DNA of 61,773 nucleotides, counting the filler, from Choristocarpus tenellus KU-1152 (taxonomy: Eukaryota > Protista > Phaeophyceae), in assembly GCA_964200185.2 (NCBI GenBank). It is 9 parts of 9 records of this genome, joined end to end, with 100 filler letters (N's around TTAATTAATTAA, not from the genome) between each part and the next. Parts side by side here need not be neighbours in the genome. Positions count along the whole stretch, not along the records: positions 1 to 14,435 come from CAXNAD020001194.1; positions 14,536 to 23,862 come from CAXNAD020003776.1; positions 23,963 to 31,023 come from CAXNAD020006766.1; 6 more parts are not named here. One strand, written 5' to 3'. The position numbers were made by a program, and so were the translations under genes. A model generated the notes under the pieces. It worked only from the letters and a program-made list of their open reading frames with translations. It was not told where the DNA came from and made no database searches. Of this stretch, positions 13,477 through 25,610 are shown one piece after another. How positions within the stretch are numbered: the first letter of the stretch is position 1; each line of letters starts with the position of its first letter.

Positions 13477-14391
13477 GCAAGATGAGGTTGGGACAGGAGA
13501 GTGGGAGAGAGAGAACAGGGACACTGACAATAAGTGGGTGTGGGATAAGTTGTCCAGGAAGGATCACGGGGGTATGAGGGGCTTTGTGGGAGCTGGTGTG
13601 AATTTCCTGGGCAATAGGGTTCATTGGAAGAACCATATAGGTAGCGACATATCATCATGAGGTGGTTAAGTTTTATGGCAACTCAGAGCCATGGTTTTAT
13701 TCCCTGTTCAGCGATTGAAGGGTGAACTTAATATGGGAGTTGGTAGTGCGAATGGCTGAATGTGAGACCGAAATATGGAGAGATGAGTTGGTGGCCTAGC
13801 AAAATTTCGGACAGGTGAAGGACTGCCAGGGGTTACAGTACATAACGAAGATCAAAAGCAGATGGTGATGCAAAGGTGTGTGTGACAGGTCACAATGAAA
13901 AATAATATTGAGATGGTGCTACTACTCCCCTCCGGATCCCCAGCCGTTCACAACTAAATGGCCAAATATTAAATTGTTAGCATCGGTGGAATGGTATGAT
14001 GCTGTAAGATATACCAATGATGGCATGGAGTGAGTGATACATATATGTGCGGTTAGCGCAATGTATGTATGTATATCAGAGGTGTACCTTGTGAAATCAC
14101 AGCGGTTCACCTACATCCCCCCAATATCTGGTTGGCAGGAATCTCCGATTTGGTCTCAAAACCCGTTGACTCTATGATTATTGGGATGTATTCGGTACCA
14201 CTATATATGTTCACAATATGCTTCAAAGGTTCATGACAGTTCCTTTCATGCACACACCATAGTGCGCTCAAACGTTGTAAGAACAAGCGATCACCATGGA
14301 TCCATCACACTTCTCACCTACCTTATGAAAAAACACAAGAAAAAGGCGCGCATTGAGGAAAAATACAGCCCGCCGAGCACCACCTTTCTCA

Positions 14392-14433
<42 letters not shown>

Positions 14434-14435
14434 CC

Positions 14436-14535
14436 NNNNNNNNNNNNNNNNNNNNNNNNNNNNNNNNNNNNNNNNNNNNTTAATTAATTAANNNNNNNNN
14501 NNNNNNNNNNNNNNNNNNNNNNNNNNNNNNNNNNN
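14436..14535. other. Artificial 100-bp contig linker (N-run + TTAATTAATTAA + N-run); also at 23863-23962, 31024-31123, 36568-36667, 39324-39423, 42363-42462, 54134-54233, 57721-57820
   Basis: The same 12-mer, which gives stops in all six frames, is embedded in Ns eight times. Confidence 0.97.
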
Positions 14536-15664
14536 AGTGCACCAATCAACAGTCAGTACAAGCTGGTAGTATGTGTATCATACCAACAAGAAACAAATGA
14601 ATAGCCTATGTTTTAACAATGAGCATCTTCAAGGATGGGCTTCATCACCACAAGTCAAGACGTGAGATCTTACATTTGTGACAACTCTGAATGACGAGCT
14701 GTCCCAAGTCTGTGGGATTGGTCGTGTGAAGAGATTCCATGGTTTCATTCTGACGGAAGATCCACCAGTATGATCATGGATGCTTGACAAGGAACCTCAA
14801 TCGATACAACGGTATAACGGTATATGGAATACGGCAACAACGGTATAACAACAGACAAACATGCCTTCCACATCACCCTCATGCTGATTGGCCTTGAAGC
14901 CATGTAAACATGATTCAAGGTCAACCAAAAAGTGAGCTCTGGGAGCGAAATGGGAAACATGTGTGATTGTTAGTATACTCTTGCACCATTGTATTACACG
15001 ATTCCATTCATACAAAATGAAGTGTAATATATAAACGAGGCACATAATGAACGTCTGATCAGGGTAACATTAGCCTAAGGTTGGTGGTGTGTGGTTAGCA
15101 CACCAATCAAGCTTACGAGGTCTGAGAGTATGGGACCAGCATATCAATCAGCCTTAAAACGAGGTGAGAGGTATATGTGGCCAGCATATAGGGTCTCTAT
15201 TGTCTTGTATAAAACAGAGGATACACTCAGAATGGGGATGCAAGGAGCAAATACTATACACGATGTCAGCAAACGGTTTGACTGGTGTTTGTGATTTGAC
15301 ATTGCTATACGGGTGTTATACGATGACTTAATCACCGCTCCGATGAATGAAAACAACATTGCGTGTTACATGACCAAATCAAAACAGCAAAGAACGAGAT
15401 CAAATGTGTGCACCCACTCTCCTTCCTCAATTCTGACATCGACTGGAATATTGTTCACTACGACTACAATACTCCAAGTGGACAACTCGGACGTACGATG
15501 TTGGTGACTCAACTCTCCTAAAACGATACGAGGTGACTGTCCGGTCATTACATCATGTCAGGGGCATCATGCCACACGAAAAAATAATAATAAAAAATAA
15601 CATATATGGCTCACCTGAAGTCTCCACCTCTTACTGTTACAGGGTAGAAGTCTCTGTAGGACCT

Positions 15665-16440
15665 CCATGTTACAGCGCGCCCCTGAACTCACCTCCACAG
15701 GATGTACAACTCAAATCCAACGACCTTAAAATGACCCTATGGGGGGGTTCACAGATGATGACCACGTGTGGTGTCAGATAGCCTTTTCTCTCGAAATACT
15801 CCACCCAGTGCTCAGCTCAAAGCTAGACTCAATGTTAAGTTCAAGATAAAAAGACTGGCTAAGAGAGGTAAAGGATTTTGACCAAAAGCCCTCTTATTAT
15901 TTTCATCATCCACCCAATTTCTTTGGTCTTCTATGCAACTGCTCTATACATACTCCAATCATAAACCTTTAATCTGCAACTTCTTAAGGAACTTTGACAT
16001 TTTCTTCTGTAATGTTATGTATGCATTACAAATCTTACTCTGTATCTTCTACGAAATCAGCATTTATGTTACATCATGCCCCCCAGAACTCACCTCCACA
16101 GGATATGCAACTCAAATCCAACGACCTTAAAAAGATGCTTCGCCAGGGTTCACAGATGATGACCATGTGCGGTGTCAGTTAATGCATAGCTCAGTCAATG
16201 TCTCGCTTTTCGATTTATCAAAAGAGGTAAGGATCAAAGAACTGAGCGTGTGGTCAACGACTCAGCCTTTTATTAACACCATTCACCGTTTTTCTACGGC
16301 CAAAGAGTTAAATGACGACTGCAAACTGCTGCGTAAATACTTCAATCTTAAATCTTTATTCTGCAACTTTCAGAAATTGACATCTATTCTGTAAGGTAAT
16401 GTATGCATTTCAAATCTTACTCTGCATCTTCTATCAATTC
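15665..16440 (+). repeat. Degenerate direct duplication (~390-400 bp period)
   Basis: gaactcacctccacaggat..caactcaaatccaacgaccttaaaa occurs at ~15686 and ~16087. tatgcatt.caaatcttactctg.atcttcta occurs at ~16020 and ~16402. Confidence 0.75.
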
Positions 16441-17061
16441 AAAGTTCCTCTTATATGAATTCTTAAGTATGTATACTGTTCGCGCATTTTGGCACGCAGA
16501 AAGAAATGCTCGCACTATTCGCCTGTAACATGCCCCCCAGCGTGAACTAGCAATACATGTTTCATGCTTACCACCGGCGATTGTCACCGGTGAAGGTAAT
16601 AGATATCTTTAACCACCTCAGATCATCCTGTGGCAAGGATAGAGAAAGAAGAAAAAAATATCTAACTCCTACTAGGCCCAAAACATATATCCTTATCAAC
16701 TTGGAAAAACCTGCCTGCATCTAGCCTAATCAGAGTATACATTTGTTCTTTCTAAAGTACAGCTACCCTAAGGTGCCAAGTATCATCTGATTATTACCTG
16801 TCTCTTGTCCCCCAATCACGAAGCATACTGACGGCTGCTAGTGCGTAAAACAGGCAATAACATCAACATCAGCAATAACAAAAAAAATAAAATAAAAAAC
16901 TGAAGAAAGATAGGACAAAACAAGGAATTCAAGGGACCAGATACCTGTTCGGATATAGTAGGAGAAAAAACGTTAAGCGAGGTATAGGGGAAAAAAAATG
17001 GAAAAAAACGCAAAAAACAAAAGAAAATCCAAAAATAAACCGAAAGAATAATATAAAATAA

Positions 17062-17319
17062 GAGTGGAAGTATCTTAGAGGGTACGAGTTTTACCCTGTT
17101 TGTCCATTTGGGACTTGGCTTCCCACAGGTGTTTTATGACATTTTCCTACTCCGATATGTTTCGGAGTAGGTAAAATTTGCACGTTATGAAAAGTTGTGT
17201 CCGGAACAAGGATATGGACACTTGCCCAAAAACTCGATAGTCAAAATTACATCAAAATCGGAACATTGGAATTTGACCTCCAAATGGACGCGGCTCTACC
17301 TTCTAAGGTACTTTGGCTC
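17062..17319 (+). mobile_element. MITE family A (Sola-like, ~258 bp), copy 1
   Basis: TIRs GAGTGGAAGTATCTTAGAGGGTA / TACCTTCTAAGGTACTTTGGCTC; body homologous to 23438, 41340 and 59947. No TSD; abuts the truncated Gypsy RT. Confidence 0.88.
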
Positions 17320-20200
17320 GGGGGTTCAGAATATTTATCTTGTTTAGATATCCAATCAGCCTATTGGCAACGACTGATAACTGATGAATGCGAACGACAA
17401 AAAACTGCCTTCATCACACCAGATCGCGCCGGATGGGAAATGAGTTTCAGAGGTTACCATTTGGAGCACAAAATGCACTGTGGATCTTCCAACACTTTAT
17501 GTCTGAAACCTTTTCCAGTATCGGTCCTAGCTCAGGGTTGTTGATATATTTAGATGATATTATGTTGGCCTCTCCATCAAGGACACACCATAAACAGTTG
17601 ACCACTACAGTTTTGACAATGTTACAAGATGTAGAGGGGTTACGTTAAAGCTATCCAAGGCTCAATTTGGCTCAAAACGAATCCATTATTTGGGATATGA
17701 TGTTAGCCCACAAGAAATTGCTGTATCCCAAGCTCGTATTGAATCTATATTAGATATGCATCGTCCTCAAATTGTGAAAGGCTCACAATCTTGTTGATGT
17801 TCTATGAACTTTGTTAGGAAATATAGTCCTCACCTAGCAACAGCAACAGAACGTTTGTTAGATTAATTTGCCATACACAGAAAGAAAATTAAACAAAAGA
17901 TGACACCTCAGTAAAGCGATCAAAGAAAGACCACAAGGATATCTCCTCTAGATGGAATCGACCACAGCAGACTGCTTTTGGCGAAGGCAAACGACTTTTA
18001 TCTAGGGCTCCAGTGCTAGATTTTCCTGATTTTTCTAAGGAATATTTTTTAAAGTAGATGCCAGTAATCGATGTAGGGACAGGGGCATTTTTGGCACATA
18101 AAAATGGCGATGACAATTTTGATATAATTGCGTATCATAGTGCCTTACTTTCCCCTTCCCAACGTAAATATTCTGCCACACAAAAAGAGTGCCTTGAGTT
18201 ATTCTGGCAATCCAACATTGGAGACCATATATATGGGGTAATCATTTCACAGTTATTTGTGACCATTCAGCCTTACGGTGGCTGCATACGATGCAAGATA
18301 CGCCGAATCTGTTAACTTGATGGGCCTTAGCTTTGCAAAGTTTTGATTTTACCATCCTTCATAAGCCTGACAGATTACATTACATCCCGGATATGTTGTC
18401 GCGTCCTCAACTGGAAGAATTTTGTAAACATTAATCTGAACCAGCACCACTAATCCCTATATGTCGAAATGTGGGTACAAAAACCTCTGATGCAAGTTCT
18501 CAAGCAAGTAAGGTATACCCTGCCTGTGAATTGTCTGTGGATCGACTAGGTGAAATTACTAAAGTGGCAAATGACTCTGAGCTCTTTGCAAGCTCCATCA
18601 ATGTTTTCCCTGTGATTGATACGGAAGTTCTAGCCAAGGTTCAATATGAGCAGTTTGAAGCTTATTTTCAATACCTGGCAGACCCAAACAATACAGCATT
18701 ACCCTAAGGAAACGGTCTACACCATGTCATATTTTTTCACTCAAGAACGAGAAAATAGACTTTTACTCTACCGATCGTATCAACCTGGTCACCTTCGGAA
18801 AAACGGAGAATTTCGAGATCAGTTAGTAGCCCCAACAGAGGTTCAGGGTTAATTTTACATGCCCTACATGATCATAAAGTTGCCGACCAACTTGCTTTTA
18901 AACACACCTTTGACCGGGTTTGTGATAGATTTTGGTGACCAACTTTACATAAAGATGTGAAGAAGTGGTGTGAATCTTGCCAGTCCTGTCAGAGGCATAA
19001 TACCTCGCACACTCTCACCCCATTACCGACAGGACATATGCCTGTCACACGTCCATTTCAATGACTTGCTATTGACCTAGTTAAATATAAGACCACATCA
19101 GACGGTGCAAAATATTTGTTTTCCGCTGTAGACCATCTTCCAAGATTTGCAATCTTGGTTGGCATTGCAAATAAGCAAGAACAAACCGTGGCTAAAGCTC
19201 TCGTCAACCATGTTTTTTCCGTCTTTGGTCCTCCTGAAACACTCCACTCTGACCAAGGCAAAGAATTTGAGAATAAACTCCTGGCTGAATTGCATAAAGT
19301 GTATGGATATCACAAAACCAAGACAACGGCATATCAACCGCAAGGAAATAGTATATGTGAACGTATTCATTCAACAATGCATGGTATGCTGGGCATGTAT
19401 TCAAATATAGACCAATCTGACTGTGCCTCATTATTGCCCTTTGTCCAGCTAGCACATAATACAGCCTATAATACCAATGTTGAAGAAACCCCATTTTTTC
19501 TCATATTTGGGAGGCGCCCAATTTTACCAATTGATCTTATCTTGGGGGTCCCTGGGGCCACCCCCATAGCCCCACAATAATACAGTATGAAAACAGTGAA
19601 GAATTTACAGCTAGCCTATGAATTAGCCCGGTGTATTAGTGGTGAGATGGTTTTAAGGAACGAATCGAAGAAACCACAAACTCCCACTACACGAACCTGG
19701 AGGTAAAATGCGGCTTCACAAACCAGATACTTCAGCTGAAGCACCAAACCCCAAGCTATTGTCCCCATGGAGAGGACCTTATGAAGTGAAGGCACGTATA
19801 ACACCTGTTGTATATCGCGCAAACCCCTTGGAAGATAGGCGGGAAGTGACAGTTCATGTGGCGTGACTTAAACCCTACAAGGAGGGTAGAGCCACACAGC
19901 CAGATATAGATGCCCTTAATTCACTCTTTTTAGGCCGGATCTTACCTGAACCGGATCTTGATCAGGGGTCAAAGACACAGCCAACTATTGGATCTTACAA
20001 TGTACAGGGTATTGTTGACCATAAGCGCGGTGTAGGGGAAAAGACCACCCGCAATAATTGTCCCGGCTTCGCTTTCAGGGATATTCACCGGCCAGTGATG
20101 TATGGTGCAAACCCTCTGAAATACCTGAATGTGCAGAGATGATCGCAGCCTATAGGGATGAGAACAAGTTGGACTTCCTACTGTAAGAGCCACCGACCAA
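17320..20200 (+). mobile_element. Decayed Ty3/Gypsy LTR retrotransposon pol (RT-RNaseH-integrase-chromodomain-like), 5'-truncated
   Basis: RT motifs GGSEYLSCLDIQSAYWQ, KTAFITP, RLPFG, IYLDDIML. RNase H region YSATQKECL, WALALQSFDF. Integrase CESCQ zinc knuckle and core ORF 19116-19580 (SDQGKEFEN, TAYQPQGNSICER). WRGPYEV (GPY/F motif) and YNVQGIVDHKR (chromodomain-like). Many frameshifts and stops. Confidence 0.93.
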
Positions 20201-20479
20201 GCGACTAGTCATAATCAAAGGACACCTGCCACTACAACAGCCGAAGAACTTGTTGTACCGCCAACCGGACGTCCACCTAATAGCAGCCAAGTCTCCTCTA
20301 ATAATTGTGACACCCCTCCTTTTGGACCCGAAAGTGTGATGAAAGCCTCTATACTAGTGGGTTGCCGACCTGGTGAGTTGCCACCAGATTCCACAGATAG
20401 AGAAGATATTTCTTTTTCACTACCAAGATGGCGGAAGCAACGCCGATAGATTCTTGAGGACCATACCATGGCTCAGCCC

Positions 20480-21410
20480 GGGTGGTATTTTCAGAGTTGA
20501 TCTAGTTAGCGACCTGAGTCTCACGAAGTAGAAATACTGCTCTCATCCGCAAACAAACACAGGTTGGTCCTATCTGTGAGAAGTATGCATACCTTCTCAA
20601 AATATTATTTATCTCAGGTATAGTATTTTACTATATTATTTATTTTAAACAAGTGTGCACATATCAAATATTTACAGTCCAACTTACTGGTTGCCCAAGC
20701 ACCTTGGAGGCAAGTTGTTGAAGAGGTGATGGTAAGGGATGATGAGCCTTCCAGCCACCCTTGACACTATTCCCAAAACACTCCCTATTAGATGACTTGA
20801 TATACCAAAGCTGTGGTGATACTGAGCTTCATCCGCTCAGACCCCGGGAGACACTTAGGAGACAGGCTGGTCCACGCCATTTTTCGCACTGCGCTCTACA
20901 CCCGCTAACACAGATTTCACTTGGACTAAGGTGGTATTTAGAGCTGATCTATTAGACGACTTCAGGATCGTGGGGCAGAAAGATTGCTCTTATTCTGAGA
21001 CATTGACACAGAGTGATTCCACCTGTGAGAAGCCTGCATGTACTTTTCTGTTCGAAATATTATTTACCACAGGTATAATATTTTACATCATTTAAACAAA
21101 TGCACATATAACAAAATTTAAAGTCCATATTTTTCTGGTTGTCCAAGCACCTTGGAGGCAGGTTGTTGAACAAGACATGATAGTAAGAGGGATGATGAGT
21201 TTTTCAACCACCCTTGCTTGACATTATCCCCACAACACTCCCCAATAGATGACTTGATGTACCAAACCTGTGGTGATACTGAGCTTCATTTACTCGGACC
21301 CCGGGAGGCACGTAGGAGACAGGCAGGTTCACATCATTTTTCTCACTACGCTTTCCACCCGTTAACACAGACTCCACTTGGACTAGAGTGCGACCTAGGG
21401 CTGATCACAC
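20480..21410 (+). repeat. ~455-bp tandem repeat (about two periods) in the Gypsy 3' untranslated region
   Basis: ccaagcaccttggaggca.gttgttgaa at ~20694 and ~21143. ttgaca.tat.ccc..aacactccc at 20761 and 21218. Confidence 0.85.
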
Positions 21411-21553
21411 TAGTGCTCCACCTTTCATTTTTCTTTACCCTGAGTTGATTCAACCAGGATATCTTTTTATTTTTTTCCACCCCCAAAGATAGACCTGTCC
21501 GACATGAGTGCTGGCCAGCCACTTTTGTGTTCGTGTTGGATAGAATCCACACT

Positions 21554-22050
21554 GGGGGGGGGTAATGTTAGGGACAGATTCCCTTTTTGGGATCTCCGAC
21601 ACACACACTTGTGCGTAAGACGCGCGGTCATATATATTTGTGCGCACCAACCATGTCATTTGAACTCACCCATACCGACCAGTCCAATAAACCAACCGCA
21701 CCCATAAGATCCGGATTTGACCAAAGAGCCAAAATGGACTGTCAAAACGAAGATTCATTCCGATTCTGACTGATCCATTTCTCTGCTGTGACGTTGCTCA
21801 GTCATTCTGAAACATCGGTTGTATCTTGAGGTTTATGTTCTCTTCTGGATTTCTTCAACTGCTCAGAGATGTTGGGCCAAGACCTTTGATACTCGGTCTC
21901 ACCCTCTGAGGTGGAAGAGTTCAGTCCGATGATTGTGATTCCCCCCTTGAGCAGAGAACTTGGCACCTTTGACACTTCCGTATTAAGTTCTTAAATGTGT
22001 TCGAAAATTACTTTCCAATAAACTATAGTTTTACAGAGTGTGATAGATTG
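21554..22050 (+). mobile_element. Polypurine tract and probable 3' LTR of the Gypsy element (3' end uncertain)
   Basis: G-run 21554-21562, then TAA, then TGTTAGGG at 21566: the canonical PPT followed by a TG LTR start, downstream of pol. Confidence 0.55.
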
Positions 22051-23437
22051 TCAGATATTTAAAAACACGAAAAAATACATTTTTAGAGAGGCGTGTTTTT
22101 CAACGGTGATGATGAATACTTTTTGGGAAAAAAAAACTGCGTAAGGCCATCTCCTAAACGCACGTTTTCATTCCCGTTTCGTTTTGCTTTTCCCCTTTTG
22201 GGGGCATTTAGAAACGGAAAATCGTGACAAGTGGGAATTATACGGCAAGTTTGAGGCATTTCTGAACGAAGCAAATCTGAACGGAGGGTGGATCAGACCA
22301 TTCTTGACCAATTTTCAACGCAAATCTGAACGGAATTCTTGGTGTTTCGATTTGCCCTCTATTGTTGTTTGTAGTGATGTGCTTGGCGCTATAGAGTTGT
22401 TACCTATAGCACATCTGGTTCAAGACCGACAAAATGGATGAAGAAACTGAGAGAGATCGAATGTCATCGTCCTCAGGTTTGCCATCCTCAAGTTCTGCGT
22501 CTTTCGATGAATCTACCTTCATGTTGGAGGCCAGATCTAGGATAAACGCAACTGGGATATTGCTCATCTCCACTTTGATAAACAAGGAGGATGAGGAGGA
22601 AGAACGTCCATTGTTTCGCAGGTTTCGCATCCCCCAAGACTGGCCCGTTTACATGGTGAGCTCATGGGGGGTTATGCTGGCGAGAGAGGAAGATCTGAGA
22701 GACGTCACTTCGCGGGAGGCACCGAAGTTCAGGAGGTGGTTCTGAGTCCCATTTGTTTTCTTTGAAGATTTAGTGGAGAAGGTACAAAGGCAGGGGTGGC
22801 TTGGTTGTCGAACCGCGAAGCTGAAGGTGAGCATACCCGCCAGTAGAGTTTGTGTGTGAAAGGGTTACCTCGATAGGGCTCGTAGATTCAACTGTCCTTT
22901 GGTCTGACAGTGCTAGATGTGACTTGCCGCCTGCAGGTGCTATCGGTCCTCCAAATCCTCGCCAGGGGAAACTACTTTGATGAGATCAAGCAACTTTCCG
23001 ATATATCTGAGAGCACAGCACAAACCATGTCTCATGGCTTCTGTGAGTGTTTTGCGAGTGATATGTACTCGAGTTGGATTTATCTACTAGAGGGCGAAGA
23101 TTTGGGGGAGGTCATGAGCACGCATGGAGCTCTGGGATTTCCTGGTACTGTGGGTTCCACTGATGTGAGACACGTGCGGTGGGAGAGGGCGCCCATTAGT
23201 GATGCCCTGTATTACGTCGGCAAGGAGGGTTTTGCGATAGTCGCCTATGAAGTGACTTTTGACCATACTGGATTTGCACGGGGAGTGACTGCTTGGTTTC
23301 CTGGAGCCAAAAACGATAAGACAATCATTCGATATGATGGTGCTATCCAGGTACTTAGGAATGACCTCACACAGAGACAGCTGGAGTACAACGTCAAGGA
23401 CTCCATCGGGAATTGTTACATCGAGAAAGGGGCCTAT

Positions 23438-23691
23438 GAGTGAAAGTATCTTAGAGGGTACGAATTTTGCCTTGTTGTCCATTTGGGGCTTGGCTTCCCA
23501 CGGGTTTTTACTGACATTTTACGTACTCCAAAACATTTGGAGTACGTAAAATGTATACGTTATTAAGTAGTGTCCAGACAAGGATATTGACATCTCCTAA
23601 CAAACATGATAACCAAAATTACATCAAAATTGCAACATTGGATTTTGGTTCCCAAACGGACTCGGCTCTACCCTCTAAGATATTTTGACTC
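23438..23691 (+). mobile_element. MITE family A copy 2, inserted in the Harbinger transposase
   Basis: GAG...CTC termini and perfect 4-bp TSD CTAT (23434-23437 / 23692-23695). Excision restores A-Y-V-L-V-D-G-G-Y. Confidence 0.93.
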
Positions 23692-23781
23692 CTATGTCCT
23701 TGTCGATGGGGGCTACCACAAGGTGACAGGAAAACCCTGTCTGTACGGCCATGCCTATGCTTGAGTTAACTCCTGTGAAAA

Positions 23782-23862
23782 GGGTCAAAGTATCTGGGGG
23801 GGGAGGGTGGTTTGTGAGGGGGCATCCGTTTCGGTCAAATAACTATTTTTTTTGCTGACATT
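23782..23862 (+). mobile_element. MITE family B-related end, truncated by gap
   Basis: GGGTCAAAGTATCTGGGGGGGG terminus matches the family B TIR. Confidence 0.55.
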
Positions 23863-23974
23863 NNNNNNNNNNNNNNNNNNNNNNNNNNNNNNNNNNNNNN
23901 NNNNNNTTAATTAATTAANNNNNNNNNNNNNNNNNNNNNNNNNNNNNNNNNNNNNNNNNNNNAAGCTTATGAAT

Positions 23975-24154
23975 GATTTCCCAGCTCACCATGATTAATT
24001 AGTCGCTTCGACGATTGATTTTCCAGCTCGTCACAATTAATCAGTTGCTTTGACAATTGATTTTTCCAGCTCACCACGATTAATCAGTCGCCTCGACGAT
24101 TGATTTCCCAGCTCACCACGATTAATCAGTCGCTTCGACGATTGATTCCCAGCT
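23975..24154 (+). repeat. Minisatellite, ~43-bp unit x ~4
   Basis: Unit ttcccagctcaccacgattaatcagtcgcttcgacgattga repeated head-to-tail without spacers. Confidence 0.9.
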
Positions 24155-25249
24155 AATCCTAACCCGAATTACTACAAAAACGATATTGTACCACATCAAT
24201 TCTGTGCCGCTTTTTTTGGGCATACCCATGGGTGCACAAAATCGGGGTAGGTACTGTACTAATAATGACTGCTGTAACTTCGTACTACAAATGAAAATAT
24301 CGAATATCGTCCATCCACCATACATCTATGATCCACTACAAAATATTTTAAACTATATTTAATCAATCTGGGGAATTGTTTGGATGTCGATCCATTCAAA
24401 TCAACCTTCCGCTTTTTGATGAATTATCCAAACCACTACAAAAACGATTCATACTACATTTAAATATTGGATCTTGAACAACTACAATTTCTACATCTAA
24501 TCTATGTTGTAGTGTTGTAGTACAAATGCAAATATCAAATATCGCTGCTAATCCACGATATATCCAGGATCCACTAAATATTTTTAATACTTATTTTATT
24601 ATAGAGAATTGGTTGGGTGTTCATTTACTCATATCAACGAATCGTCAATTCATAACCAATACCTTCGAAGAACATGATAGGGGACATCAATTATAGAGTT
24701 CAAGATTTTCAAACATTTAGAGAGGAGGAAAAAGGGCAGGGAGATGGTGAAGGTGAAGGGCAACAAGTAACGAGGACGCAAAGTCAGGCAGGGAAATGAT
24801 CTTAACAAGATCTGTTAGTGTGACGAGGGAGGGGTAGCAAATTTCTCCAAGCTTATGAATCAGGGAAGAGTTCAGTCGATCCACTCCACGGTCTGAAACC
24901 AACCAATGAGGTCCAGGAAGTCAAGAGGTAGCACACCTTCGCCGAGATGATCAAATTGTCACTGCTACGACCACTACTGCTCCTGCTACCACAGCATGTA
25001 CCACTGCAATAGGTGGGGTGGGTCATGTGTCATCAGGAATTTTTTATTCGCTAGGTCTTCCTTGTGGTAAAGTCCCTTGTCATATTTTGCCCACATAGAA
25101 TTCTCTTCTGCTCCCCAAGTTCATCAGGTAGGGGCAAGGATTGTATCTGGAGTCCTCTTCTAAAACCAAAATCTTGGCACCCATGCCCAACACCTGGAGC
25201 CCGATCACCTGGTGGAATGTATGAAGGCCAGCAAGACTAGGGTGAGAAT

Positions 25250-25610
25250 GGAGAAGATACGGGCCTGGTGTTCATATACAGAGGGATACCGCGGGTGGGA
25301 ACAAATGATGTATTGATAATGTGCTGTTTTCCGATGATATTGAGGTTTCGTATCTTCTTGATAGGGCAGGTATTCATATACAGAGGGATGTGGTGGGTTG
25401 GAACAGAAGATACATCCGGAAAGAAAAGTCGCGGGTATTGATAATGCGCTCTTTTCCGATGACATGGAGACTTCGTATCTTATTGATAGGCCAGGTATTC
25501 ATGGAGAGAGGGATGCGGCGGGTGGGAACACAAGAAATATTTTGAAAGAAAAGTCGAGGGTATTGATAATGCGTTGTTTTCCGATGACATGGAGATTTCA
25601 TATATTGTTG
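25250..25610 (+). repeat. ~125-bp tandem repeat x ~3
   Basis: gtattgataatg.g....tttccgatga at ~25310, 25435 and 25560. Confidence 0.85.

Larger units (their letters stand above)
22145..23862 (+). mobile_element. PIF/Harbinger DNA transposon, decayed intron-containing DDE transposase (coding ~22434-23722), cut by contig end
   Basis: Candidate left end TAA|GGCCATCTCCTAAACG at 22145. Motifs FRRWF*VP, VLSVLQILARG, GFPGTVGSTDVRHVRW, KEG, FPGAKNDKTI, and after removing the MITE KGAYVLVDGGYHK. Intron ~22828-22937. Confidence 0.88.

Noticed and set aside
14480-14492. Conserved TTAATTAATTAA motif as a biological element
   Set aside because: Always embedded in N-runs of fixed total length; an assembly linker.
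23975-24154. CRISPR-like repeat array
   Set aside because: Units are contiguous with no unique spacers, there are no cas genes, and the context is eukaryotic; it is a minisatellite.
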